Of a stretch of 56,940 nucleotides of DNA, positions 27,392 to 37,026 are shown in pieces. The stretch covers positions 1-56,940 of the IMG/VR virus record IMGVR_UViG_3300032093_009193. The stretch is one strand, 5' to 3'. Origin of the DNA: a virus (Duplodnaviria > Caudoviricetes). Position 1 is the stretch's first letter; each line of letters opens with the position of its first letter. A program made the position numbers and the translations under genes. The notes under the pieces were generated by a model. It had not been told where the DNA came from, did no database searches, and saw nothing but the letters and a program-made list of their open reading frames with translations.

Positions 27392-28983
27392 TGGTTAGTC
27401 TTTTGTTTTTGATCTGCTGTTCCCTGATCAGCTTGAGCCGTTAAACTAGACGCTTGAATTGCTTGTTGCTGCGCCTGAGCCTCCATAGCCATCTGCTGCT
27501 CCTCAGAAATCTGCTTATCAATTTCTTCCATAACATCATCAGATTGCTTCAGAATATGTTTTCTGATATATTTTGTTGAGAAATACTTACCTTCATAAGA
27601 AGATAATACATTTAACATATCTACCTTTTCCCTCAACAATTCATTTTCTTTCAATTCATTGAAATATGAATCTTTATTGTAGACGAAATTGATATCCTGG
27701 TATATTTTTTCCCAATCGTTTAGGGTAATAATTCCCTTCAACAATAGTTGTTTTTTCAAAACATCCAAGAATAACATAGAGAATTTGCTTCTCAATCTTT
27801 CAATAAACTTGAAAAATTTAACCTCATCTCTACTGATTTCTGTGGTTCTTCCCATATTGAAACCACTATTTGATTCAAGTCTAGAAATAGGAACATTCAA
27901 AGCTCTATATAATTTTCTTTGTAAATAGTCAACATCATCCATCTGTCCAAGATTCTGTCCACCATCCAGAGTAGCTATTTCTGTTCCCTTTCCACCATCT
28001 CTTCTAGGAATCCAGTAGTCTTCAAGCATTGTCAAATGCGCTCTATCGTCTTTGATTTCACCAGTTTTTTGATCATATACAAGACGATTCCTATAACGAT
28101 TCATCAACTCCCTCATATATTGTTCGGCTTTTTGTTTTGGAAGATTGCCGATATCAATATAAAAAATTCGTCTCTCTGGTGCTCTGGTCATTCTATAAAT
28201 GACAACAGCATCCTCAATCTGACGAAGCATGTTTAATGGGCGAATGGCTTTGTGTAGGTATCCGATTACTCTCTTGGTATTGGAATCGATCAATCCAGAA
28301 TGCACATAGGAGATTGAATCAACCGCAATTTTTAAACCAGAACTATTCGTTTGTATGATTGCATCTGGATCAAGATCGGTATAAAGAAAATATTCTTCAA
28401 GACTTTTAATTATTGGTGTTTGAACGCCATTAATTACTTTATTTTCTTTATTTACCTTTCTGATCTTTTTAATTTTCATTGGGTCGATCAGGCGAATTTC
28501 TTGTATTCCCTTTTCTGGTCTAGTATCATCAATAATAATATGAAAATACAATCTAGCATCTATGTACCATTTTCTAAAAATGTCATAGCCGTGATGATTA
28601 AATTTTAATAGTTTTAAAATATTTTTAAATTCTTTGTGTATTTTTTCTTTTATCTGTGGTGATAAACTTTCAACATTTTTCAAATCTAAAAATATAGCAT
28701 TATTATCGTGGTCAAAAACTATAGATTCGTTAATTATATCTTCTATAGCCATATCAACTTCTGGATATAGAGCCATTGATCTATACTGTGAAAGTTGAGT
28801 ATTTTCATCTCTTATAGAGCCGCCGAAATCATATACTGTAGAAAAAAAACCACCACTTTCTACAGTAACAGTTCCATCGTAGGTATCTGGCGGTACAAAG
28901 GATGATTGTGTCTCTACAGCATTTCCATCTGTAGAATTTTTATCATCCTGCTTTTTGCCGAAAAGAAATCCATATAAATTCAT
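27388..28983 (-). CDS. 20: Portal vertex protein gp20
   Basis: YR.MA.YPEVD.AIEDI.NE, YLHKAI.P.N.LR.IEDAVVIYR..RAPERRIFYID.GNLPK.KAEQY and LEDYW.PRR.GGKGTEI.TL.GG. Confidence 0.98.
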   Translation of the reverse strand: MNLYGFLFGKKQDDKNSTDGNAVETQSSFVPPDTYDGTVTVESGGFFSTVYDFGGSIRDENTQLSQYRSMALYPEVDMAIEDIINESIVFDHDNNAIFLDLKNVESLSPQIKEKIHKEFKNILKLLKFNHHGYDIFRKWYIDARLYFHIIIDDTRPEKGIQEIRLIDPMKIKKIRKVNKENKVINGVQTPIIKSLEEYFLYTDLDPDAIIQTNSSGLKIAVDSISYVHSGLIDSNTKRVIGYLHKAIRPLNMLRQIEDAVVIYRMTRAPERRIFYIDIGNLPKQKAEQYMRELMNRYRNRLVYDQKTGEIKDDRAHLTMLEDYWIPRRDGGKGTEIATLDGGQNLGQMDDVDYLQRKLYRALNVPISRLESNSGFNMGRTTEISRDEVKFFKFIERLRSKFSMLFLDVLKKQLLLKGIITLNDWEKIYQDINFVYNKDSYFNELKENELLREKVDMLNVLSSYEGKYFSTKYIRKHILKQSDDVMEEIDKQISEEQQMAMEAQAQQQAIQASSLTAQADQGTADQKQKTNQ

Positions 28984-28988
28984 ATTAC

Positions 28989-28996
28989 TATTTATA
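28989..28996 (-). promoter_or_regulatory. Late promoter TATAAATA for gp20
   Basis: Exact match 5 nt before the ATG. Confidence 0.75.
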
Positions 28997-29000
28997 TAAA

Positions 29001-29537
29001 TTAGATTGCGAATTCTTCAGCATAATCATATGCTAATGTTAAAACAAAATCTGCAATTGAGTCTGGTATATCATTATTTAATTCTATTGGTGTCATTTCT
29101 ATTGGATAGCAATTTGATAAAACAACTCTTTTACCGAAAGTATTTCCGTCTTCTGTATCATAATAAATTTCCCATTTAGAGGTCGGAAAATAATCCATAG
29201 CTGTATGGTCTGGGGAGTTGATTCTATCCATCCAAGACATCAATTCACTTCTCAATTGAATTCCTAACTCGGATGAACAATAGATGTTCATGCTTATTTC
29301 TTGAAATACTCTTTCTGCTGGAAATTTAATTTCCCTACCTCTATAATTTATGGGAACAGTTCCTATTGTTGATCCAGGAATTTGAATAGATTTTATATAA
29401 ACTTCAAGTTTTCTTGACTCATATGGATTTGTACTTAACTGTGAAAAAGAACCATTGAATAGAGGAATCTCAGCAAAAACTCTAAATCTATTTCCAGCTA
29501 CAGGTCTAAATCTAACTCTAAATTCATCTAAATTCAT
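29001..29537 (-). CDS. 19: Tail tube protein gp19 paralog 3 (most divergent)
   Basis: NRF.V, IPGSTIG.VP..YRGREIKFPAER.F, W...I, YP....IEL and F.LTLAYDY. Confidence 0.8.
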   Translation of the reverse strand: MNLDEFRVRFRPVAGNRFRVFAEIPLFNGSFSQLSTNPYESRKLEVYIKSIQIPGSTIGTVPINYRGREIKFPAERVFQEISMNIYCSSELGIQLRSELMSWMDRINSPDHTAMDYFPTSKWEIYYDTEDGNTFGKRVVLSNCYPIEMTPIELNNDIPDSIADFVLTLAYDYAEEFAI

Positions 29538-30118
29538 CTCAAGTATTCCCAGTAAAGGTAATTAAAAGTAACTGTAAATTCTGCAAATGTATCTGGGTTA
29601 TCGTAACTAAATTCTATTGGACTTATTTCTATTGGAAAAACATCATAGAATTTTATCTTTTTTCTATACTGAGCTGGGGTAGTAGTAACATTTCCTGTTA
29701 CTCTTTGAACTTCTACGGTTGGTGTTGTATTTCCACTAGATTTTTGATCCTGATAATGAAATTCCCAGAAAAAATCGGTGTTTACAACATTATTAGTTTC
29801 ATGAGTTTTTCGAGTATCCATGTACTCTATCCAATCTTCAAATAAATTTCTTAATTGAACATATGGAGACTCATACACTTGTATTGTCCATGGAGAATAT
29901 GATCTATCTCCAGGCAATCTTACTGCCCTACCACCATGCCCAACAGAAACAGTTCCTATTGTTGAGCTTGGCATTGAAGCAGCTTTACAATAAAATTCCA
30001 TTTCTGTTTTTTCGTAACCAGAATATGCAGTAATAACGGGAAAAGAGCCAACGACTTTGAATCGATTGGCCCTATTTCCTACAAACTCATCTCTAAATGT
30101 AGAGATAGACTGAGACAT
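29534..30118 (-). CDS. 19: Tail tube protein gp19 paralog 2
   Basis: RANRFKV, FYCKAASMPSSTIG, GR.VRLPGDRSY.PWT and FP.EISPIEFSYD..D..AEFTVTF.Y.YWE. Start set at MSQS (TAATG overlap). Confidence 0.88.
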   Translation of the reverse strand: MSQSISTFRDEFVGNRANRFKVVGSFPVITAYSGYEKTEMEFYCKAASMPSSTIGTVSVGHGGRAVRLPGDRSYSPWTIQVYESPYVQLRNLFEDWIEYMDTRKTHETNNVVNTDFFWEFHYQDQKSSGNTTPTVEVQRVTGNVTTTPAQYRKKIKFYDVFPIEISPIEFSYDNPDTFAEFTVTFNYLYWEYLR

Positions 30119-30660
30119 TAAACTCCTTGGTATTCCCAATAATCATAGGTGAAGGTAACAGCAAATTCTGCAAATGTGTCTGGAGTATCATAGCTAAATT
30201 CCATTGGGCTTAACTCTACTGGGAAAGCATTGACCAATTTAATTTTTCTTTGATAATCGTTTACTCCACCATCAACATCATCACCACTTACATCTTGCTC
30301 CATGTATTCAACAGTTATGTAATCACCACCACTCGCTGGAATATTTGGTCTAATATCTAGAGTATTTCTACCATTCATTCTTTCGATCCAAGCTTCGATA
30401 TCGCCACGAATATCTTGTCTTGGTGAATCATAAATTTGAACAAGCCAATCAGCATATGTTCTTTCACCAGAATATTTTACTGGCCTTCCTTTGTAACCTA
30501 CTGGAATAACTCCAATAGCTGATCCAGGAATTGTTGCGGCTTTGCAATAGAATTCAAATGTCGCTGGAGCTACTGAGCTTCCAGGAAATTGACATGAGAC
30601 TTTAAATCTATTTTGTCTTACGCCAACAAACTGTGTTCTAAATTCATTTAATGTTGCCAT
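30118..30660 (-). CDS. 19: Tail tube protein gp19 paralog 1
   Basis: RQNRFKV, FYCKAATIPGS.IG, GRPVK.SGERTY.DW and AFP.ELSP.EFSYD..DT.AEF.VTF.YDYWE; AGGA RBS; directly follows gp18. Confidence 0.92.
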   Translation of the reverse strand: MATLNEFRTQFVGVRQNRFKVSCQFPGSSVAPATFEFYCKAATIPGSAIGVIPVGYKGRPVKYSGERTYADWLVQIYDSPRQDIRGDIEAWIERMNGRNTLDIRPNIPASGGDYITVEYMEQDVSGDDVDGGVNDYQRKIKLVNAFPVELSPMEFSYDTPDTFAEFAVTFTYDYWEYQGV

Positions 30661-30671
30661 TTATTTTTTCC

Positions 30672-31883
30672 TTATAGGGTTGATGATAAATCTTTGTTAG
30701 TGAAGGTTAGTCTTACGAAGTTGATTGATGGGATTGGTTTAACTAAGATATCAGCAACGAATGTCTTGGCTTCGATTATTTCTGGGGTGTTATTTGTTTC
30801 ATCGCAAATAATCTTATACTCAGAAATTCCTCTCTTGGCTACGACATCTGCTAGAACTGAATCGGCAGCACTGATAAACAGATTTCTGGTTATCTGATCA
30901 TTTTGTTCGAATAGCACACCTCTTGCGATTGGTGCAATTGTTTTCTTTAGGTATATGAAGAGTCTAGCGACATTGATTCCACTAAGAGTTGAAGTTCCAG
31001 TGTATAGAGTCTTATCTCCCCAGAGTAGAATTCCTTCACCAGGAACATTAAATATTGGATTGATTCTTGCCCCATATAGGGTGCTCTTATCTGCTTCTGA
31101 CAAATATCTTGTTGTGGAAACAGCGTTTGCAATTCTTCCTCTTCTTGCTCCAGCTGGGGAGAACCAAGGATATGATTCTCTGTCTGTTCTTGCAATGCAA
31201 CCAGCAACATCTGGTGCTAGAGAACTGATAATTAGATTTGCTGGATCTCCTGCAACATTGAAATGTTTCTTCTCACCAAATGCAGCAGCAGCATATTGTG
31301 CTGAGGTTGGTGAAGATGTAACAGTCATGGCTCCAGTTATAGTTGTTCCAGAATGCACAGCTAAAACTCCAAAAACTGGATTTGGTGTAGATGCTCTTTC
31401 GTCAATCATGGAAGAAACATAAGCATTATGTGCTGGAGTTCCCCCATTTCCTGTAGAACCAGAGAATACAACATCAATGTCAAGATACTTGAAGTCCATA
31501 GTTGCACCAGAATCTTGCCATGTTACATAACATGGTGCTCCATATTGAAGGAAGTTGTGAACATGATACCATTCATCAGTCCATGCGGTAGCACCATTGG
31601 TTAAAAGATCTCTAGCGGCTAGAGTAGCACCGTTGGTTCCAGAAAAACCTGGGTAGTTATAATTATAAAATGAAGTCAATCTAGCAAACCAATCGGCTAG
31701 ATTTTCAACATAGTAATATCCTTGTTGTGCTTCAGTTCCAGTTGGCCCATTATAGGCAAATAATTTCATTGAGTGGTTTCCAGGTAGTCCTAAAAACCCA
31801 CCTATTGTGGGTGAGTCTAGCTCTGAATTTGAAACTACCAATGATTCGTCTAATATTCTTACAGTTACGCCTGGATATGGCAT
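30672..31883 (-). CDS. 18: Tail sheath protein gp18 (compact, 403 aa)
   Basis: PGV.V...D.S, NFLQYG, PWFSPAG..RG, INPI, LWGDKT, INV.RLF..L.K, FEQND and CDETNNTP..I....F.ADI..KP..SINF..L.F. Confidence 0.95.
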   Translation of the reverse strand: MPYPGVTVRILDESLVVSNSELDSPTIGGFLGLPGNHSMKLFAYNGPTGTEAQQGYYYVENLADWFARLTSFYNYNYPGFSGTNGATLAARDLLTNGATAWTDEWYHVHNFLQYGAPCYVTWQDSGATMDFKYLDIDVVFSGSTGNGGTPAHNAYVSSMIDERASTPNPVFGVLAVHSGTTITGAMTVTSSPTSAQYAAAAFGEKKHFNVAGDPANLIISSLAPDVAGCIARTDRESYPWFSPAGARRGRIANAVSTTRYLSEADKSTLYGARINPIFNVPGEGILLWGDKTLYTGTSTLSGINVARLFIYLKKTIAPIARGVLFEQNDQITRNLFISAADSVLADVVAKRGISEYKIICDETNNTPEIIEAKTFVADILVKPIPSINFVRLTFTNKDLSSTL

Positions 31884-31930
31884 GATTTTCTCCTATTTTC
31901 TTTAAATATATATTTTTTTAAATATTTTGA

Positions 31931-33643
31931 CTAAAACATCCAAAATTGCGTTGAAATGGAATTTTTCCCTTTCTTACCATCAAACCATCTATCTTCACCA
32001 TCCCAATCGCCATCAAGAAAACTCATACCATCTTCTATAAAACCAAAAGGAATTAATTCTGATTCTATTTTTTCAATTTCATTATTATATAGTTCAATTC
32101 TTATATCTTTATTTGTGATGTTTTCAAAAAAATCTTGTCTGGTTGCCCAAGCAAAAAGAACCAAACACATCACCAAGTCATCTCTGTGTCCATCATCGGC
32201 TTTATACGATTGACCATCAGCAATGAAGGTCGTTAATTGATCTATGATATCTGGGTCGTGGAAGACGATTTTATCATTCTCTACTAAATTTTTTAATATC
32301 GTACATCCTAGTTTTTTTACTGGATGTGTGGTTCTGACACCTAGGTATGTTCTTTTTGCGTTGACATTTTCTCCAATAATTTGTCCATGGTGACCTTTAA
32401 AACTAGATTTTATCAAATTCTCATATTGTAAATCATTATGTAAGATTTCTGCAACCTGATTTCCAATATCATTAATCTCCACCATCACATAGGCGTTATT
32501 ATATTTTTTAGCCACGGCTCTAATATATGATGGGAAAAGTAATGGTGATATTGTATTATTTCTAAAAACTGCAACCACTTTGTATGGAATAGTTGATATA
32601 TCGACAACTGTAAATGCACTATCGTCACTACCCTGACCTTTTGAAACATCCACGGTCATGAAATAGAGATGATCGTCTGTTTTCTTTTCCTCGTCACCCT
32701 TTATAGGTTCTTCATATACGGTATATCCCTCATGATTCTTAAATCTGGATTTTCCATAACTCAATACATTTAATTTATTTGCATCAATTAAGGTATTCGC
32801 AGATCCTATGAATGAGCATTCAAATTCTGCATCGAATTGTCTTTCCGATGTATTTCTTATTTGAATTTCTCTCCAAGCATCATCCCTCAGAGGTCCACCT
32901 GGATATTGGGGAACTTGCCTCCAGCTAACCTCAAATGGAAAATATTCATTCTGTCCAGTGCTTGCACCCTTCCACAACTGATAAAACATATTCAACCCTC
33001 TTGGGGTTGAGATGATGATCATTTGAGTGCTTTGACCAGCAGTGATCGTTGGATAAACTGACGAAAAGAATTCTTCAGCAACAGTAGTTGGAACGAAGGC
33101 AAACTCGTCCAAGAAAATTATATTAAAAGATCCACCACGAATCGCTGAGGATGAGGTTGCAGCTGCCAATATCTTTGAGCCATTCTCTAATTGAATTGAA
33201 CCTTTATTCCATTCTATTATACCTTGCTGCAACCATTGTGGTAAATGTTCATAGGCTTCTCTTATTCTGCCTAAAATATCCCTTGCAGTATTTAACTTGT
33301 TTGCCAGAATAGCAACACTCATGTTTTGATTGAATAAGACTCTATGAAGAAGGTAGCAGCAACCAACCGTAGTGGTCTTACCAGCCTGACGACAAACCTT
33401 TCCTATTACGAATCTGTGATCGCATAGAGCCTTTACCAGTTCTTGCTGATAATCGTATAGATCGAAGTCGGTAACACCTTTGTCTAGGGTAACAACCTTT
33501 ACATACTTTTTTGCAAAGTATATTGGATCATTTGCACACTTGATATATTCTTTCACCTGATCTTCGGTAAATTCAATTTTGACCCCTGCGGGTTTTAAAT
33601 TCGCATTTCCCAAATAACCTGGAGCTTTTTTATACGCTGTCAT
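31931..33643 (-). CDS. 17: Terminase large subunit gp17
   Basis: YLGN.NLK, RQAGKTT, WNKGSI.LENGS, RGGS, FLDEFAF, STPRG.N.FY, VDVSKG and DDLVM.LV.F.W; no intein apparent. Confidence 0.98.
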   Translation of the reverse strand: MTAYKKAPGYLGNANLKPAGVKIEFTEDQVKEYIKCANDPIYFAKKYVKVVTLDKGVTDFDLYDYQQELVKALCDHRFVIGKVCRQAGKTTTVGCCYLLHRVLFNQNMSVAILANKLNTARDILGRIREAYEHLPQWLQQGIIEWNKGSIQLENGSKILAAATSSSAIRGGSFNIIFLDEFAFVPTTVAEEFFSSVYPTITAGQSTQMIIISTPRGLNMFYQLWKGASTGQNEYFPFEVSWRQVPQYPGGPLRDDAWREIQIRNTSERQFDAEFECSFIGSANTLIDANKLNVLSYGKSRFKNHEGYTVYEEPIKGDEEKKTDDHLYFMTVDVSKGQGSDDSAFTVVDISTIPYKVVAVFRNNTISPLLFPSYIRAVAKKYNNAYVMVEINDIGNQVAEILHNDLQYENLIKSSFKGHHGQIIGENVNAKRTYLGVRTTHPVKKLGCTILKNLVENDKIVFHDPDIIDQLTTFIADGQSYKADDGHRDDLVMCLVLFAWATRQDFFENITNKDIRIELYNNEIEKIESELIPFGFIEDGMSFLDGDWDGEDRWFDGKKGKNSISTQFWMF

Positions 33644-34070
33644 TTTCTATAACCTTGTTCTGTGCTCTAGATTTATTAATTAAATTCTGTAGATCTGTCG
33701 TTGATCCAACATAAATTGAATTATTTGTTATATTTGTAATTTTTTCTCTTTGAATGTTTTCTGTTTTCTCATGAACAACAATCAGATCTTTGTTCATCTC
33801 GGAAACTGTCTTTAGAAGTAAAGCTGCAACTTCATAGGCTCTTGGAGAGTCGCTCGCATTTGCAACCTTCATTATTCCATCTAGAGCATCCATTCCATTT
33901 GAAATTAGTTCTTTTAAATTTGTTCTAGCATCGTTGAAATCATTATTTAAAACTTCTTCTCTACTTCTTTTTATTTCTTTAGTTATTGCTGTTTTTTCAA
34001 CTGGTTTATTAATAACATCATTGTTCGTAATTTCTAAAGCATTTGCAATATTTTCAAAAGGGTCTTTCAT
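33630..34070 (-). CDS. 16: Terminase small subunit gp16
   Basis: D...AR.NL..LI..G..A, SPRAYEV...L.K and NNSIYVGST.DLQ. Confidence 0.93.
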   Translation of the reverse strand: MKDPFENIANALEITNNDVINKPVEKTAITKEIKRSREEVLNNDFNDARTNLKELISNGMDALDGIMKVANASDSPRAYEVAALLLKTVSEMNKDLIVVHEKTENIQREKITNITNNSIYVGSTTDLQNLINKSRAQNKVIENDSV

Positions 34071-34072
34071 TT

Positions 34073-34816
34073 TTAATTCTCATAGTAGTATATTCCACTT
34101 CCAGTTATAGAATCTCCAGTATATCCAACATCGTAAACCAAAGCTGATGGGGCTGTAGTTAGACCATTGTAAATTCTTACATTTGCATTTTCTATGATCA
34201 TAGAAATATTTCTCTTAATATGACCATAGAGATAGGTTTTCATTGTAAAGTTAAAGACCGTGGTTACTGATCTTCTGGTAGAAAAATCACCCTCGTAATC
34301 TTCAGATGTGCTTATATCGTTCAAGACAATAGGAACATCTATTGCCTGATTTATTGTGTTGTAGTTGATCGACAAATTGAATTCTGGTTGAAAGTATGGA
34401 GCAATTTGCTCTATAATTTGTAGATTGTCTTCCAGAGATCTTGTAAATGAATACAGATTTATATTGATATTATATGGTATTTCCATATATGTTGTATCTG
34501 TATAGTTTTCAGTGGATAATCTTTTCTGTATCATTCTATTTAATTTTCTAGTAGGATCATATAGAATGTTGATTATCTCATAGCCTAATCTTGGATATGT
34601 TGCCTGTATGTGTGTCTTATCAGTAACGCCAGTTTCGGTTGTCAGTCTATAGATAAACTTCTCTTTTGGACCATAGACGATTGGAACTTTTATCTTTGAA
34701 GTTATCTCATCTTCTGAGTCTTTTCTCAAGATGGTTATCTGATTAAATAAAGATCCAAAAGCAACTATGCTTTTTCTCAGAGTTTCATTGTAATAGGCAT
34801 TTGTCTCTCCAAACAT
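34073..34816 (-). CDS. 15: Tail sheath stabiliser / tail terminator gp15
   Basis: YYNETLRK.IVAFGSLFN.I, VPI.YGPKEKF, YDPTRK, QIIEQI.PYFQP and EDYEGDF..RR. Confidence 0.93.
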   Translation of the reverse strand: MFGETNAYYNETLRKSIVAFGSLFNQITILRKDSEDEITSKIKVPIVYGPKEKFIYRLTTETGVTDKTHIQATYPRLGYEIINILYDPTRKLNRMIQKRLSTENYTDTTYMEIPYNININLYSFTRSLEDNLQIIEQIAPYFQPEFNLSINYNTINQAIDVPIVLNDISTSEDYEGDFSTRRSVTTVFNFTMKTYLYGHIKRNISMIIENANVRIYNGLTTAPSALVYDVGYTGDSITGSGIYYYEN

Positions 34817-35697
34817 TAATATTGTCCTTCCGAGAATGGATCTGTTTCACTTTGATTGAATAAAGTCTTATCCAATCTTTCAGCTTCCAGATATGAATTA
34901 TCACCATCGCTTTCTTCTCTGATTGGATCAGTTTGGATAATGGTATTTGTCAGATAGGTTGAGAATGCTGTATATCCAGCACCAGAAATAGCACCACTCA
35001 ATGTGGCCCCAGATATGTAAGTTCCAACTTCATCATAAACAAAGAGTCTTGAATAGGTATAACCCTTTTGGAACTCTTGAACTGTTGCTGTATAACCAGA
35101 TTGATTTACAAATTCCCCAACAAGATAAGTTCCATTTGTCTTTCCAACCAGATTGTATCTTCTGACATAGGATGTTCTGTCAGTGGTCGCAGAATCCAAA
35201 ACATCGATTCCAGTTGTAAATTCTTCGTGAGAATACACGAAAGCCTCCAGTGTCAATGTATAGCAATTCAATGTTCCCAATTGATAGAATGGAATCTCGT
35301 CTTCCAATTTGTTAATTTCAAATATTGTTCCAGATAATGGAAAATAAACCAAATCACCTTCTCTTGGTCTTAAGATCTCTGTTTCTTTTGTGGATATTTC
35401 TCTCTTAAATCTAGTCTTAGACAATTGAATTGTCATTCTATCGGTAATGAGTACGCCGAACTTGCTGATGACATCAGCTTGTCCATCGAAACTAAAGATC
35501 GTTTGGATGTATGCTTCTATCTTATACGCTGTTGAAAATTTCGACTGTATATCTTCACCAAGAATATTGTCCAATTTAAAATATTCTCTAGGAACATATA
35601 AAACATCTTGACCAGTAACTTTTATGGTTTCTATTGTTAGATCATCTAGTAATTTTTGATCTAGTTGTGAAAATTTAAAAAATGGATTAGTTGCCAT
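34816..35697 (-). CDS. 14: Neck protein gp14
   Basis: NPFF, E.I...G.DV.Y.PR, GED..SKF, SKFG, RPREGDL.YFPL, PFYQLG and DPF.E. Confidence 0.93.
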   Translation of the reverse strand: MATNPFFKFSQLDQKLLDDLTIETIKVTGQDVLYVPREYFKLDNILGEDIQSKFSTAYKIEAYIQTIFSFDGQADVISKFGVLITDRMTIQLSKTRFKREISTKETEILRPREGDLVYFPLSGTIFEINKLEDEIPFYQLGTLNCYTLTLEAFVYSHEEFTTGIDVLDSATTDRTSYVRRYNLVGKTNGTYLVGEFVNQSGYTATVQEFQKGYTYSRLFVYDEVGTYISGATLSGAISGAGYTAFSTYLTNTIIQTDPIREESDGDNSYLEAERLDKTLFNQSETDPFSEGQY

Positions 35698-35700
35698 TTA

Positions 35701-36504
35701 TTATCCCATAAAGAAAGATGCTGGTAATTCGTATGATGTCAAAACCTCATTTTCTATGGCTGCTATTTCTTGAACTGCTTCGGCATAAATCTGACCACCC
35801 TTCATCACAATTCCACCTGGCAATTGAACTCCATCATACTTTGCCATGTTTGCTCCCCATTGTCTTTTAATCAATGCAGTTAAGTATTTCTTTAAAAGAC
35901 GATCATCAAATATTTTTGTATATAATTCAGGATCAAGGGCTGCATATGTCTCGAAAACCAAATAGTCTCCAGCCTTGAGTTCACTCCAATTGCAATCTAT
36001 GTGTATTCTATTTGTGACTTTGCTGAATCTTAGTGCTTTTTCACCTTGAAAGAAATCTTCAATGAGTTTTATATATCTTTTCGTAGAATCATATGAAGCC
36101 AGACCCATAGAGCCACCACCGTTATATCCTCTGTTTATTCCAAAGTAATCAACTAATGCAAGTTGATATTTTAGATCAAACATGTCGATGTTTGCAAAAT
36201 TTCCAAATTGAAATAATTTGACAACGGATACTATGTTGCTACCATTTGGCTTTGATGTAGCACTTCCATCCCAACCTAAAATATTATTAGTATTGATATA
36301 TTTATTTTCAACATCGGTTGATGTCAGTTGATATTTAAAAAAGACTTTCTCGACTCCATCAAAATGTCTTTCCACAAAAAAATCAAGAGCTTCATCTAGA
36401 CGATCTTCACATTGTTCAGTATCGACATTTATTTCGATAACTGGAAATCCAAGTGTTCTTAGAGCATAGTCTATTATTGTTTGTCTAGAATTTGGTCTTG
36501 ACAT
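35701..36504 (-). CDS. 13: Neck protein gp13
   Basis: Y.LR.LG.PVIEINV..EQ.EDR.DEA, HFDG and LK.Y.TALIKRQWG.N..KY.GVQLPGG. Confidence 0.95.
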   Translation of the reverse strand: MSRPNSRQTIIDYALRTLGFPVIEINVDTEQCEDRLDEALDFFVERHFDGVEKVFFKYQLTSTDVENKYINTNNILGWDGSATSKPNGSNIVSVVKLFQFGNFANIDMFDLKYQLALVDYFGINRGYNGGGSMGLASYDSTKRYIKLIEDFFQGEKALRFSKVTNRIHIDCNWSELKAGDYLVFETYAALDPELYTKIFDDRLLKKYLTALIKRQWGANMAKYDGVQLPGGIVMKGGQIYAEAVQEIAAIENEVLTSYELPASFFMG

Positions 36505-36519
36505 TTTTATCTCTTAAAA

Positions 36520-36527
36520 TATTTATT
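36520..36527 (-). promoter_or_regulatory. Variant late promoter AATAAATA for gp13
   Basis: One mismatch to TATAAATA, in the gap upstream of gp13. Confidence 0.45.
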
Positions 36528-37026
36528 ATTTTGGATCGGGGACTGTTACTGGAATTTTCTCAAGATCTGAATAATTTATGTTATTTTCGATGTAATATCT
36601 TCTAGTTATTGGATCTTGACCCTCTGATTCTTCAGATTTTCTATAATTGCTAAATCCTGGCATTTGTAATGGACAAGAAAGTTTTGGATAATCCAACTTT
36701 GAATATTCATCACCATTAGATACAAGCCAAGTGCCTTTTCTATCCCCACAACCACAACCACCGCAGAAGAATTTTCCAGGAGTGACGCTTGGTTTGAGAT
36801 GCTCACATGGTGGAAGCTCTCCACCCTGCTTCATATTTCCAAAGCAAGACATGACCCTTAACTGTTTTACTGGAAGACTTACTTTTTTATTCGATATTCC
36901 CCTTGAAGCTATGGCCGATGCAAAATTTTGCACCATGCTAATTTTATTCTTTATAGATGTATCTTCTTTGATTTCTTCTGTTCTAAACTTTTCATTATTT
37001 TTATTTTTATTGCAGTTACAACTCAT
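36526..37026 (-). CDS. Small cysteine-rich hypothetical protein (possible metal-binding)
   Basis: MSCNCNK...SCFG...PCEHL...FCGGCGCGD...SCPL. Confidence 0.65.
   Translation of the reverse strand: MSCNCNKNKNNEKFRTEEIKEDTSIKNKISMVQNFASAIASRGISNKKVSLPVKQLRVMSCFGNMKQGGELPPCEHLKPSVTPGKFFCGGCGCGDRKGTWLVSNGDEYSKLDYPKLSCPLQMPGFSNYRKSEESEGQDPITRRYYIENNINYSDLEKIPVTVPDPK

Noticed and set aside
29001-31883. Extracellular contractile injection system / tailocin
   Set aside because: Despite the short sheath and multiple tubes, the locus includes terminase, portal, capsid and replication genes of a complete T4-like phage.
31907-31914. AATATATA upstream of gp18 as a late promoter
   Set aside because: Two mismatches to TATAAATA in AT-rich sequence; plausible by position but not supportable from sequence alone.
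13814-33643. Inteins, introns or homing endonucleases in gp17, gp20, gp23, gp44, gp46, gp47 or UvsW
   Set aside because: Lengths are normal, motifs are continuous and no LAGLIDADG, HNH or GIY-YIG signature was seen.
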